Source: Armatimonadota bacterium (GTDB lineage: Bacteria > Armatimonadota > Fimbriimonadia > Fimbriimonadales > GBS-DC). From it: a stretch of DNA of 59,266 nucleotides. The position numbers and the translations under genes were made by a program. Under the pieces are notes generated by a model that ran no database searches, was not told the origin of the DNA, and saw only the letters and a list, made by a program, of their open reading frames with translations. The DNA is taken from positions 1 through 59,266 of the forward strand of contig JBBIML010000019.1 of the NCBI GenBank assembly GCA_037444405.1, written 5' to 3'. Positions 23,986-34,189 of the stretch are shown here, piece by piece. How positions within the stretch are numbered: the stretch's first letter is position 1; each line of letters begins with the position of its first letter.

Positions 23986-25422
23986 CTATGAATTGAAGGG
24001 GGTGGCGCTTGCGCGCAGCTCGTGAGCCAGCGTTCGCAATCGGCGGCGACTGACGGGTGTCAGCAGCAGCACAACGCCCACCAGATAAAGCCACCCGCTC
24101 ACCACAGGGGCTATCAGCAGGCACAGCATCGCCACTGTCCAGACCGCCGCCACTCGATAATCCGGTCGCCCGATATGCCGCACCATCCCCCAGTGCTTGA
24201 TGACATAGGTCGGCACATGGGCAATCAGGTCGGCAATCAGATAGCCGTACAGCTTGTAAGCCACCGGCAAAAGCCACACCATCGCTGTACCGAGCGCTAT
24301 GAGGACGCCGATATAGGCGAGGTTCGCGTAGAGCATCAGGCGGTTCTGCTGACGCACATAGAGCGCATTCCCCTGGATGGCGAACAGGGCGGACAGCAGC
24401 AGGCGCGCGCTCAGCAGGGTGAACGCAATCAGGATCACGCGCGTGTCCCACTTGACGCCGAGCAGGGTGGGTAGCACGAGCGGCGCGATGAGGGTGAAGG
24501 CGGCGAGCGGCGCACCGAGCGCGAGCGTCTGGAGCTGCATCGCCTCGCTCACGGCGCGCGCCAGCCGCTGAAGATCATGCTGAACCCGCGCGAAGGCGGG
24601 CACTGAGAGCCGACCCGCCGCCTCCTGCGCGAAACTGAGCATGCTCACGAAGCGGTTCGCGATTGCCAGATAGCCGACCGCCTCCTTACCCGCCAGCGGC
24701 ATCAGCACAAAGGCGGGCATCAGCTCGCGCAGGTTGTAGACCCATCCCGACACCGCCTGACTGAAGCTGTAGCGCAACATCGGCGTCAGTTGCGCCCTGT
24801 GCCAGTGCCAGCGCGGGCGGTAGCGCGCGGCGGCGAAGTAGCCCCCACACTGGACGAGCTGACCGCACCAGAAGCCTACCACCAGCGCCCACACGCCGTA
24901 GCCTGCCAGCGCCAGCGGGATCGCGAGCAGATAGTAGCCCAGTTGCGCCCCAATCTCAATCAGCGCGACCCGCCGATAGTCCAGCTCCCGCTCCAGCAGC
25001 GCGGCAGGCACATAGCCGACCAGCACGAGCGGCAGGCTCAGGCACACAACGGTCGCCACCAGCGCGAACAGCTCCGTGCGCACCCAGCCCCACTCCAGCA
25101 GCCAGAACGCGCCTGCCGCCATCAGCATCAGACCCGTCCCGTACAGCAGCAGCCACCAGAACGCCTGATGGAACAGCTCGCGCGGGGCGTCGCGCCGCTC
25201 CCGAATCAGGTAGATGTGGGTGCCCATCAGCCCGACCGTCAGCAGGAAGTTGAACACGCCATACGCCGCGCTGTAGAGACCCTGCACGCCCGGACCCACG
25301 ATGCGGTTGATGAACAGCACGCCGAGGATGCCGAGCAGCACCGCGACGCCGCGCCGAACCAGCAGATACACGCCCCCCCGAAGAACCTGCTGACGAGTCG
25401 CATCGGCTGGTTTCTCGCTCAT
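23986..25422 (-). CDS. Wzx/MOP-family oligosaccharide flippase
   Basis: Many TM helices, LLERELDYRR, GYGVWALV, GKEAVGY. Confidence 0.85.
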   Translation of the reverse strand: MSEKPADATRQQVLRGGVYLLVRRGVAVLLGILGVLFINRIVGPGVQGLYSAAYGVFNFLLTVGLMGTHIYLIRERRDAPRELFHQAFWWLLLYGTGLMLMAAGAFWLLEWGWVRTELFALVATVVCLSLPLVLVGYVPAALLERELDYRRVALIEIGAQLGYYLLAIPLALAGYGVWALVVGFWCGQLVQCGGYFAAARYRPRWHWHRAQLTPMLRYSFSQAVSGWVYNLRELMPAFVLMPLAGKEAVGYLAIANRFVSMLSFAQEAAGRLSVPAFARVQHDLQRLARAVSEAMQLQTLALGAPLAAFTLIAPLVLPTLLGVKWDTRVILIAFTLLSARLLLSALFAIQGNALYVRQQNRLMLYANLAYIGVLIALGTAMVWLLPVAYKLYGYLIADLIAHVPTYVIKHWGMVRHIGRPDYRVAAVWTVAMLCLLIAPVVSGWLYLVGVVLLLTPVSRRRLRTLAHELRASATPFNS

Positions 25423-25468
25423 CGGTGTGCCCGCCCGCATGATACCTGCCCGTTCAGGTAATCTCCTG

Positions 25469-26566
25469 ATGATGACACTGCGCGAGCTGCTTCTGCGCGT
25501 GCTGAAGCGGTTCAGCGACGCCGACACGGGCTGCAACGGACCGTGGCGTGTGCCGCAGACGCCCGTGCGCACCCGCGCCCACTGGTTGAACCTGCACGCA
25601 TGGGCGTACCGCGAGACAGGTCAGCCTGCCTATCGGCACACCGTTCAGCAGCTCGCCGACTACCTCGTCAGCCCCGAAGCGTGCCCGCACGGCTATGCGT
25701 TCTACTGCCTGCAGGGGCATCCCAGCCCTGGCAACGGTTTAATCGGGCAGGCGTGGGTGATGGAGGCGCTCATCACCGCCAGCGAGGTGCTGAAGGAGCC
25801 AGAATATCTTCAAATCGCAAGCCGACTGTTCTGGCAGCACGCCTTCTCGGACGAGTACGCGCTCTGGCATCGGCTGAATCTGGACGGCACGGTCGGCGCG
25901 GTTCACCCGACGCTCAATCAGCAGGTCTGGTTCGCCGCGATGGGGGCGCGACTGGGCGATCCGAACGCCTGCCAGCGCGTGCGCCTGTTCCTTGACCGAA
26001 TCGAGAGCCACCTGCACCTGCTTCGTGGCGGTCTGCTGGGCATGCACATTCGCCCCTTGCCCACCAACGCGCGACGGCAGAGGCTTGCCGGGCTGATGGG
26101 CTGGCTTCAGCAGGGCTGGCGCCGCGCACGCCTTGCCCTTCAGCGCAAAAATGCTCCCACTTTCGGCTATCGCACGCTCTCGGTCGGCTATCACGCCTTC
26201 ACGCTCTACGGCTTCGCTCTGCTCAAGGAGGCATTTCCCGACCATCCGCTATGGCGTTCGCCGCGCCTGACACAGGCGATAGAGTGGTGCCGCTCGGCGG
26301 CGCACAAGCGCGCCCTGCGACGCAACCCGTTCGCAATGGGTTATAACCCCGCAGGCTTCGAAGTGCCCTATGTGCTGAGCGTGTTCCTGTCCAACGACTC
26401 GCAGATTATCGGGGAGTCGCGCTGGTGGCTGCAGGAGCAGGTGCGGCGCCATTTCAATCCCGACACGGGTCGGTTCGACCGCGGCACGCCCGATGCCGCG
26501 ACGCTCACCAGTCGCGCCTATGAAGCCACGCGCCTGCCGCCCGTGATGCTGGACATGGAAGTATAA
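25469..26566 (+). CDS. AglQ-like hypothetical protein
   Basis: GCNGPW...PQTPVRTRAHW, NGLIGQAW..EAL, TLNQQVWFAA, GYHAFTLYGFA, GYNPAGFE resemble haloarchaeal AglQ as recalled. Confidence 0.6.
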   Translation: MMTLRELLLRVLKRFSDADTGCNGPWRVPQTPVRTRAHWLNLHAWAYRETGQPAYRHTVQQLADYLVSPEACPHGYAFYCLQGHPSPGNGLIGQAWVMEALITASEVLKEPEYLQIASRLFWQHAFSDEYALWHRLNLDGTVGAVHPTLNQQVWFAAMGARLGDPNACQRVRLFLDRIESHLHLLRGGLLGMHIRPLPTNARRQRLAGLMGWLQQGWRRARLALQRKNAPTFGYRTLSVGYHAFTLYGFALLKEAFPDHPLWRSPRLTQAIEWCRSAAHKRALRRNPFAMGYNPAGFEVPYVLSVFLSNDSQIIGESRWWLQEQVRRHFNPDTGRFDRGTPDAATLTSRAYEATRLPPVMLDMEV

Positions 26567-26575
26567 TACCGGGCG

Positions 26576-27544
26576 ATGGCACGCCCTCTGGTCTCGGTGA
26601 TTACGCCTGCTTACAATGTGGCGCCCTACATCGGCGCGTGCATCGAATCGGTGCAGGCGCAGACGCTGACCGACTGGGAAATGATTATCGTGGACGACGC
26701 CTCCACCGATGAGACAGTCGCCGTCGTTGAGCGTTATCTGAGCGATGAGCGGATTCGGTTCCTGCGCAACGAGCAGAACATGGGGGCGGGCTACACGCGC
26801 AACCGCGCACTGGAGCATGCCCAGGGCGAATGGATTGCCGTGCTGGATTCGGACGACTGGTACGCTGAAGAGCGACTGGAGCGGCTGGTAGGGTTCGCCC
26901 AGCAGATGGGGGTGGAAATGGTCGCCGACCTCTCCACGATCATCACCGGGTCGGGCGAAGTGATTTACACCGCCTGGAGTACCTTCGGCAAGAACCCGCG
27001 CCACCCGCGCCGCTACAGCGTGGAGGAGGTCATCCGCTGTCATCCCTCGTTCAAGCCGCTGATCCGCGCCGATTTCGTTCGTCAGCATGCCATTCGCTAT
27101 CCCGCGCACATTCGCCAGTCGCAGGATTACGCCTTTTATATGGAGATTTTGATTAAAGGCGCGCGGTTCGCACTGTTGCCAGAATCGCTCTATTTCCGTC
27201 GCCTGCATTCGAGCAGTATCACCGCCGTGCATGATCTCCGCTATGACCAGCTCTGGCTCTCGTGCGACTATCTCTGTCGCTTGCCTGAAGCGACTCCGCG
27301 CATTCGGCGGCTGCTGGTGCAGAGCTTTCGGCGCAGGAAGTCGCTCATCTGTTATCGGCAGTTTGTGCAGTTTATCAAGCGTCGGGCGTGGCGAGACGCA
27401 TGGCGGGTGCTGCGTGAGGAGCCTTCAGTTAGCTGGCGACTGCTGCAGTTTCTGCCCGCCTATCTCTGTAAGTGGCTCTTTCGGTATGACCCGCTCGCCT
27501 CCACCACCTATAGCGGTGTTCCTGATCAGTCCAAAAGTGGTTAG
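26576..27544 (+). CDS. glycosyltransferase family 2
   Basis: VSVITPAYN, IVDDASTD, LDSDD. Confidence 0.92.
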   Translation: MARPLVSVITPAYNVAPYIGACIESVQAQTLTDWEMIIVDDASTDETVAVVERYLSDERIRFLRNEQNMGAGYTRNRALEHAQGEWIAVLDSDDWYAEERLERLVGFAQQMGVEMVADLSTIITGSGEVIYTAWSTFGKNPRHPRRYSVEEVIRCHPSFKPLIRADFVRQHAIRYPAHIRQSQDYAFYMEILIKGARFALLPESLYFRRLHSSSITAVHDLRYDQLWLSCDYLCRLPEATPRIRRLLVQSFRRRKSLICYRQFVQFIKRRAWRDAWRVLREEPSVSWRLLQFLPAYLCKWLFRYDPLASTTYSGVPDQSKSG

Positions 27545-27553
27545 GATAGCCCC

Positions 27554-30127
27554 CTAACCATATGGCGCACCGTGGCTCGGATTTAGAGTTCTCCAAAAAA
27601 TTTGTTTTAATATATCTGCACTGAAAATATAAGCTATCAATATTCCAATCAAAGTTAAAAGAAAAAGAGACGGTAATGGTGTAAAACCGAGCAGACCCGC
27701 GAGCGGGGAACAAGGTAGTCCGAGCGTGAGCAACCAGACGATCACGGATAGTCCCAATAACCAGTGGCTGGGTGGCGACTGGAAAAAGGGACGCCGGGTA
27801 CGCACCACAAGCACCACCATCGAGGCGGAAAGTACCGACTCTACAAACCAACCTGTGCGGAACTCTTTTGCACCTGCCTGTAAAAACCAGAGTAGCACAC
27901 CAAAGGTGAGATAATCAAAGAATGAGCTAAGCAATCCAAACACAAGCATAAAGTTTCGGATCAGGCGGACATCCCAGCGGCTTAGGTTAGCGAGAAGTTC
28001 TTCGTCGACCCGATCGGTCGCTATCGCCATTTCCGGCAGATCGGTCAGCAAGTTAGTCAGGAGGATCTGTTTCGGTAGCAGTGGCAAAAAGGGCAGGAAG
28101 AGCGAGGCGCCTGCCATGCTGAACATATTTCCAAAATTCGCGCTGGTTGCCATGAACACATATTTAAGCGTGTTGGCAAAGGTGCGTCGTCCTTCGCGGA
28201 TGCCTTCTGCCAGCACGGATAGGTCTTTTTCCAGCAACACAATATCGGCGGCATCTTTGGCGACATCGGCTGCCGTGTCGACCGAGATGCCCACATCGGC
28301 AGCGTGCAGGGCAGGTGCATCGTTGATGCCATCGCCCAGATAGCCGACCGTATAGCCTGCCTTGCGTAACGCACGGATAATACGCTCCTTTTGATGCGGT
28401 TCGACTTCAGCAAACACATCAACGGCAGCTACGCGATGGAGCAGGGCTTCTTCCGCGAGCTGGCTCAACTCCTGTGCAGAAAGCACCTGCGCATTCGGAT
28501 AGCCCAGTTGTGCCATCAAATGGCGGGCAACCACTGCATGGTCGCCGGTAATCACCTTTAACGCAACGCCCATCTGGCGCAGTTGAGTCAGTGTAGCAGC
28601 CGCCGTCGGCTTAAGCGTGTCCGTGAGCAAGACACACCCCAGAAAGGTCATCTGGCTCTCCAGGGATCGCTCGATACTGCCTGGAGGCTCGGAGAGCGGG
28701 CGAAGCGCAACACCCAGCACTCGATAGCCCTGCGCTAACCATTCGGCGGTGCATCGCTGGATAGCATCCCGCTGGCTTGCCAATGGCGCGACCGTTGTGC
28801 CCACCAGCACGGTCTCACAGACCGTTAGCACCTGTTCCAGAGCACCTTTGGTAATCAGCAACGCCTTGCACGCAGCAAACGGCGCGGGCAAAACTGATGG
28901 ATCAATGCCTTTGTACTGCACCAGCACGCTCAATCGCTTGCGCACAAAATCATACGGGATTTCACCGAACCGCTCCCATTCCGACAGGTCTATCGCGGCA
29001 ACTTTGCGGAGCGCATCATCGATGGGGTTAGCAAACCCCTGCTGCAAGCAGGCATTAAGTGCGGCGTAGTGTAGCACATGCTCATCGGCATTGCCCTCTG
29101 CATTCACAGCCGCCTGCACCTGAACCACGCCTTCTGTAAGCGTGCCTGTCTTATCCGAGCAAAGCACATTCATGCTACCCAGGTTTTCAATGGCAGCTAA
29201 TCGCTTAACTAAAGTGCGTGCGCGAGCCATTTGAATAGCTCCGCGCGCTAGATTAACTGTGATGATAGCAGGAAGCAACTGCGGGGTAAGACCCACCGCC
29301 AGTGCTACGGCGAACAGGAACGAGTCCACAACAGGGCGGTGAAGATAAACATTGAAGGCGAAGATCAGCAGTACCAGTATCAGCGTGACCTCCAGCAGCA
29401 GGTTACCCAGTCGGCGCACGCCGCGCTCGAAATCGGTTTCTTCAGGACGCAGCCGGAGCCGCTGGGCGATTTGACCGAACTGTGTGCGTTCGCCGGTTTG
29501 AACCACCAGCATTGTGCCCATGCCACTGGCGACATAGCTGCCCATCCAGAGCGCATTCGTGCGCTGCCATAGAGGTGCCTCTGCTGATGAGGGCTGCGGG
29601 CTTTTTTCAACAGGGAAACTCTCACCCGTTAGCACCGCTTCGTTCACCATCAAGTTTTGCGCTATCAACACCACACCATCAGCCGGAATCAGGTCGCCAG
29701 TGTTGAGCTGCACAATGTCGCCAGGGACGAGCTGGTGAATGGGGATTGAGTGTGCCTGACCATCCCGGATAACTTCTGCCTGCACCTGTACTCGTGCCAG
29801 CAACTGCTGCATAGCGTTCGATGCACTTGCCTCTTGCCAAAAACCCAGCAAGCCACTAATCAGCACGATGCACCCGATAATAAGCGTGTCGGTCCAATCG
29901 CCCAGTGCGCCCGACACAAGCGCGGCGCCTATTAAAATCAGCACGATGGGGTTGCTGAACTGCCGCAGAAGCAGAATGACCGTGCCCACAGAGCGAGCCT
30001 GACCGATTATATTCGCCCCGTATAGCGCGAGCCGCTTTGCTGCCTCCGACTCGCTGAGACCTTCAGGGCGCGTGCCCAGCCGTTCGATGAGTTGCTGGGC
30101 AGGAAGCGACCAGAATGGGAACGGCAT
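27554..30127 (-). CDS. mgtA: Mg2+-translocating P-type ATPase
   Basis: TGES, AVGLTPQLLP, CSDKTGTLT, GDGINDAPAL, SANFGNMFS, FRTGWFVES. Confidence 0.9.
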   Translation of the reverse strand: MPFPFWSLPAQQLIERLGTRPEGLSESEAAKRLALYGANIIGQARSVGTVILLLRQFSNPIVLILIGAALVSGALGDWTDTLIIGCIVLISGLLGFWQEASASNAMQQLLARVQVQAEVIRDGQAHSIPIHQLVPGDIVQLNTGDLIPADGVVLIAQNLMVNEAVLTGESFPVEKSPQPSSAEAPLWQRTNALWMGSYVASGMGTMLVVQTGERTQFGQIAQRLRLRPEETDFERGVRRLGNLLLEVTLILVLLIFAFNVYLHRPVVDSFLFAVALAVGLTPQLLPAIITVNLARGAIQMARARTLVKRLAAIENLGSMNVLCSDKTGTLTEGVVQVQAAVNAEGNADEHVLHYAALNACLQQGFANPIDDALRKVAAIDLSEWERFGEIPYDFVRKRLSVLVQYKGIDPSVLPAPFAACKALLITKGALEQVLTVCETVLVGTTVAPLASQRDAIQRCTAEWLAQGYRVLGVALRPLSEPPGSIERSLESQMTFLGCVLLTDTLKPTAAATLTQLRQMGVALKVITGDHAVVARHLMAQLGYPNAQVLSAQELSQLAEEALLHRVAAVDVFAEVEPHQKERIIRALRKAGYTVGYLGDGINDAPALHAADVGISVDTAADVAKDAADIVLLEKDLSVLAEGIREGRRTFANTLKYVFMATSANFGNMFSMAGASLFLPFLPLLPKQILLTNLLTDLPEMAIATDRVDEELLANLSRWDVRLIRNFMLVFGLLSSFFDYLTFGVLLWFLQAGAKEFRTGWFVESVLSASMVVLVVRTRRPFFQSPPSHWLLGLSVIVWLLTLGLPCSPLAGLLGFTPLPSLFLLTLIGILIAYIFSADILKQIFWRTLNPSHGAPYG

Positions 30128-30177
30128 CTGTCCCGATCCTGATTGGCTAGCTTGCCGTGTGTACATGCAATCGGAGT

Positions 30178-31284
30178 TTACCTCCTATCACGAAGTGCCT
30201 GCGCCGATGCGAGCGTGAGCGCGTCAGCCGGTGCAGCATCGGGCGCGACCATTCGGGCGGCAATCAGTTTGACACCAGGCAGGGCAGCCACTTGCTCCCA
30301 ACCATCACCGAATCGCCCAGCGACAACGAGAACGGGCTTCTGGCTCGCCACCGCTTGCCGCACCAGCTCGCCCACGCCTTTGCCCATCAGCGTCTGAGCA
30401 TCGACCTGACCCTCGCCCGTGATGAGCAGATGGGCTTGCTCCAGCCGCTGCTGCCAGTTGACCCGCTCAAGCAGCCAGTCAATGCCCGACACCAGCGTCG
30501 CGTTGAAGAAGGCGATAAAGGTGGCAGGCAGTCCACCAGCCGCCCCCGCGCCAGGCAGGGTCGCTGCCTCGACACCCGTCTGACGGCGCAGCACGCTTGC
30601 GAGTTGCTCCATGCCCCGCTCCAGCAGGTCAACCTGATCGGGTGTGGCGCCCTTTTGAGGGGCGAACACCCGCGCGGTGCCCTGCTCGCCACAGAGTGGA
30701 TTGCGCACATCGGCACATAAAATGAGCTGTTTCTCTTGCAGGGGCATCGGATCGGGCGGCACGATGCGCTCCAGCTTCAGCAGTCCCTGCCCACCAACAG
30801 GGATCGGAGCGCCGTCGGCTGAAAGCAACTGGAAACCCAGCGCTCTCAGCGCGCCTGTGCCCCCATCGGTGGTCGCGGTGCCGCCCAGCCCCAGCCAGAC
30901 CGATTCAATCGGCGGGCGATCGACCGCCTTCAACAGGTCGCCGACGCCCTCCGTGCTTGCCTTTAGAGGATGCCGCTCATCGGGCTTGAGCAGGTGCAGC
31001 CCGCAGGCGGACGCCGATTCGATAATCGCGACGGTGCCTGCGATGAGATATTCCGCCTCAATAACCCTGCCCAGCGGATCGCGCACGGGGGTCCTGAACC
31101 GTTGCGCCGTATCGCTGTAATGGAACGCCCACACCTCCAGCCAGCCTGTGCCGCCGTCAGCGATGGGACACAGGTCCTCTGTCGCGTGCGGATAGACCTT
31201 CAGCACGCCCGCCGCGATTGCCCTGCACGCCTGCAGGGGTGTGAGTGTGCCTTTGTAAGCCGTGGGGGCAATCAGCACTCGCAT
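30178..31284 (-). CDS. glxK: glycerate kinase
   Basis: IAPTAYKGTL, PIADGG, FAPQKGA, GAGAAGG, ITGEG..D.QT..GK. Confidence 0.9.
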   Translation of the reverse strand: MRVLIAPTAYKGTLTPLQACRAIAAGVLKVYPHATEDLCPIADGGTGWLEVWAFHYSDTAQRFRTPVRDPLGRVIEAEYLIAGTVAIIESASACGLHLLKPDERHPLKASTEGVGDLLKAVDRPPIESVWLGLGGTATTDGGTGALRALGFQLLSADGAPIPVGGQGLLKLERIVPPDPMPLQEKQLILCADVRNPLCGEQGTARVFAPQKGATPDQVDLLERGMEQLASVLRRQTGVEAATLPGAGAAGGLPATFIAFFNATLVSGIDWLLERVNWQQRLEQAHLLITGEGQVDAQTLMGKGVGELVRQAVASQKPVLVVAGRFGDGWEQVAALPGVKLIAARMVAPDAAPADALTLASAQALRDRR

Positions 31285-31287
31285 CGG

Positions 31288-32082
31288 CTACTCCAGCCGA
31301 CCGCGCTCGCGGGCGTAGCGGGTGGCAAGCGCCTCTAAAATGCCCTCGCGCGGCACTTCCGGCGGAACTATCAGCCCCAGCTTGCGCGTGAGATGCTGAT
31401 AAAGTTCGCTGGCGAGCTGCTCGCGCACATCGGGCGGGAACTGTTCGCGTCGCTCCAGAAAGGCTCGCAGTGCGCGATACTCGCTCGCGCTCATCGCCAG
31501 CACGGTCGGCACATAGCTCTCCAGCGGGTGCTCGCGCGCGCCCATCGCTGACAGCGACTGGAGTGTGGGCAGCTCCACCCGACGCTCTTTAATCACGAAA
31601 GTGCCCGCCAGCATGTCGCCCAGCCGCTGACCGTACGGGTTGAAAAACGCCACCAGCCCCGCCACATTATAGCCCAGCAGGCAGAGGGGCAGCGCGTCCA
31701 CCAGGCGCACCAGCTCGCGCGTGAGGATTGCGCCGGGCGTGGCAGGCGTGCCGTCCAGCCGAATCACGCGCAAGCCGAACGCACGCTTCGCCGGCGTCTG
31801 ACCGTTCCACCAGATTTCAAACAGGATATAGTAGGCGAACCATGAGATGTAGGCGAAAAAGATGAGCGACGCCAGCGCCCAGCCCTCCCCAATCAGATTG
31901 ATAAGCCCGCTGACCACCCGCAAAGTGTCTTCCAGCAGCGTCAGCGTCAGCAGCACGACGGCGTTAATCAAAAGCACCAGCAGGTCGTCCAGCACGGCAG
32001 CCAGCGCGCGGGAACCCAGCCCCGCAATCTCGTAGCGTATCTCCACCTTTTCGGGACTCAGCAGCACATACTCGTACGGCAT
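31288..32082 (-). CDS. RDD family membrane protein
   Basis: AGLGSRALA, GQTPAKR..GLRV, QRLGDMLAGT. Confidence 0.88.
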   Translation of the reverse strand: MPYEYVLLSPEKVEIRYEIAGLGSRALAAVLDDLLVLLINAVVLLTLTLLEDTLRVVSGLINLIGEGWALASLIFFAYISWFAYYILFEIWWNGQTPAKRAFGLRVIRLDGTPATPGAILTRELVRLVDALPLCLLGYNVAGLVAFFNPYGQRLGDMLAGTFVIKERRVELPTLQSLSAMGAREHPLESYVPTVLAMSASEYRALRAFLERREQFPPDVREQLASELYQHLTRKLGLIVPPEVPREGILEALATRYARERGRLE

Positions 32083-32091
32083 GGCGTCCTC

Positions 32092-33309
32092 CTATGGTGC
32101 CTGCTGGAGCCATTCATCCCAGCGGGTCGCCCGCGCCAGCGCCAGATTGCCGTAGCGCCCCAGATAGTCGCCCGCGCTGGGATAGTAAATCGACAGCCCG
32201 TGCGAATTGCGCACCCGAAAGTTGTCTGCATGCGCCTCATAGATGATTGCCTCGCGCAACGCCGCCTGCAACGCATCGACACGCGCCCCAATCTGCGCAT
32301 CACCGGTGTACTCTTTGATGAGCTGCGCCACATGCCAGAGGTCTTTATATTCTGGATAGGACGAATAGCTCTGGGCGTTCTCGCGCGCGTTGCGCAGCGC
32401 GTTCATATAGAGATTCCGCCGCTCTATCAGCGTTCCTGCAAGGTTGTCCAGCGCGGTCGCCACATTGTCCAGTCGGGAGGTATCCACTGCCGATTGGGTG
32501 ATGTTGGTGTAGGCAGGGAAGTTCTGTTGATAGAAGCTCACGAACTGGCGCACCACATCTTTTGCCCACTCGGCGGGCGGGGTGTCGGAGTTGTTCATCA
32601 GCGCGAGCAGGATGCGATGGTAGGGATAGCCCTCGCCGGGCGGGCTTTCTTCCGAGCCAGCGATATAGCGCGCCACATTGCGGCACTCGTATGCCACCTC
32701 CAGCATCTGCATCAGGGAGGCGTCAAACAGCAGCACATCCATCGGCGGGTCGGCGGAAGTCGGGCGGATGGCGGTGGGTAGCTCCCATGTTTTGATGCTG
32801 GTGTTGTACTCGTCGTCAAAGGAGACGGCGCGGGTGGTGCGCGTGCGCCAGCCAGAACCGTGGTTCCAGATAATCAGCGCGTAGCGGTCGGCAGGGTAGC
32901 GGGAGCGTGCCCAGCGAATAAAATCGCGAAGGGTCTCCGCGCTCCCCATATCCACGCCCTGACCCATATCCTCGATCAGCTGCGACTTAATCGCCTGCGA
33001 ATCGGTGTCGTATCTCACCAGATAGCGGCGCGTGCCTGTCCAGCTGTCCTGTGGCGCGAAGGTCGCAATACGCTTCCACTGCACTACAATCCGAATGTTG
33101 GCGTTGGTCATCACCGATTCCATCTGGTTCATGTTCAGCTCGCTGAACTCATCCAGGTCGTTGGCGGCGTTCATATAGACCATGACCGTCCATGTGAGCG
33201 TGCCGCGTCCGCCTGGCAGGATGCCGCGGCTGGTGCGGCTGCAGCAGCTGGTCAGCAGCACCAGCAAAAGCAAGAGAGTGATTCCGCCGATTCTTCTCAT
33301 CGTCTGCAT
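32092..33309 (-). CDS. clostripain (peptidase C11) family lipoprotein with Ser at the catalytic Cys position
   Basis: Lipobox LTSC, WTVMVYMNAANDL, WNHGSGW, FDASLMQMLEV, GSEE, GLSIYYP. Confidence 0.85.
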   Translation of the reverse strand: MQTMRRIGGITLLLLLVLLTSCCSRTSRGILPGGRGTLTWTVMVYMNAANDLDEFSELNMNQMESVMTNANIRIVVQWKRIATFAPQDSWTGTRRYLVRYDTDSQAIKSQLIEDMGQGVDMGSAETLRDFIRWARSRYPADRYALIIWNHGSGWRTRTTRAVSFDDEYNTSIKTWELPTAIRPTSADPPMDVLLFDASLMQMLEVAYECRNVARYIAGSEESPPGEGYPYHRILLALMNNSDTPPAEWAKDVVRQFVSFYQQNFPAYTNITQSAVDTSRLDNVATALDNLAGTLIERRNLYMNALRNARENAQSYSSYPEYKDLWHVAQLIKEYTGDAQIGARVDALQAALREAIIYEAHADNFRVRNSHGLSIYYPSAGDYLGRYGNLALARATRWDEWLQQAP

Positions 33310-33386
33310 CGGTTGCTCCTCCACTATACCTGTTTGCGGGGTGCGATATTTAGACGCGCGAAGCATTCGGGTATAATCGGGTCGCT

Positions 33387-34145
33387 ATGTACGGCAAGGG
33401 GCTATCGCGTCGGGAGTTTTTGCGAGCCTGCACCTTCGCGACTGGCTGGCTGCTGCTTGCCCCCGACGCGCCTGCGATTAACCGCACACTTAGCAGGAGG
33501 GATCGAACGATGGCGGAGATTCAGATTGTGGAGGTTGTGGCGAAGCCCTTACCCGAAAAGGTGTTCCAGACCGAAAAGTTCGGCATCTCGCGCAAAACGC
33601 ACGAGGAACACTACAAGCTCTATCAGGGCTATGTGAACAAGACGAACGAGATTCGCAGGGCGCTGGCGGCGCTCACCTCCGAGGAGTTCTCCAAGGGCAA
33701 CCAGACCTACAGCCTCATTCGGTCGTTGAAGGTGGACTACACCTTCGCGCTGGGTGGGGTGAAGAACCATGAGCTGTACTTTGAGAATCTGGGCGGTGGC
33801 GGCTCGGAGCCGAGCAGCGAGCTGCGCCAGGCGCTCGCCCGCTACTTCGGCTCGTTTGAGCGATGGGTCGAAGACCTCAAAGCAACGGGCATGGCGGCAC
33901 GCGGCTGGGTGTGGCTCGCCTATGATCACGACGATGGCTCGCTGTTCAACTATATCGGCGACGCGCAGAACACCTTCCCCGTGTGGAACGCCACGCCCAT
34001 CCTGGCGCTGGACACCTACGAGCATGCCTACTATCTGGACTTCCAGACGGCACGGGCACGCTACCTCGATGCCTTTGTGCAGGCGATCGACTGGGATGTG
34101 GTGAATCGCCGCTACGAGCAGGCGGTTCGCATGTCGCGCCGTTAG
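33387..34145 (+). CDS. Fe/Mn superoxide dismutase with Tat-like N-terminal extension (second start at 33510)
   Basis: HYKLYQGYV, NHELYF, GWVWL, DTYEHAYY; SRREFL at the N-terminus. Confidence 0.9.
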   Translation: MYGKGLSRREFLRACTFATGWLLLAPDAPAINRTLSRRDRTMAEIQIVEVVAKPLPEKVFQTEKFGISRKTHEEHYKLYQGYVNKTNEIRRALAALTSEEFSKGNQTYSLIRSLKVDYTFALGGVKNHELYFENLGGGGSEPSSELRQALARYFGSFERWVEDLKATGMAARGWVWLAYDHDDGSLFNYIGDAQNTFPVWNATPILALDTYEHAYYLDFQTARARYLDAFVQAIDWDVVNRRYEQAVRMSRR

Positions 34146-34152
34146 ACCCTCA

Positions 34153-34181
34153 CCCCCTCTCTCACACTGTGAGAGAGGGGG
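34153..34181. repeat. palindrome between convergent genes (terminator or REP-like)
   Basis: ccccctctctcaca-c-tgtgagagaggggg. Confidence 0.7.
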
Positions 34182-34189
34182 GTTCTGTA

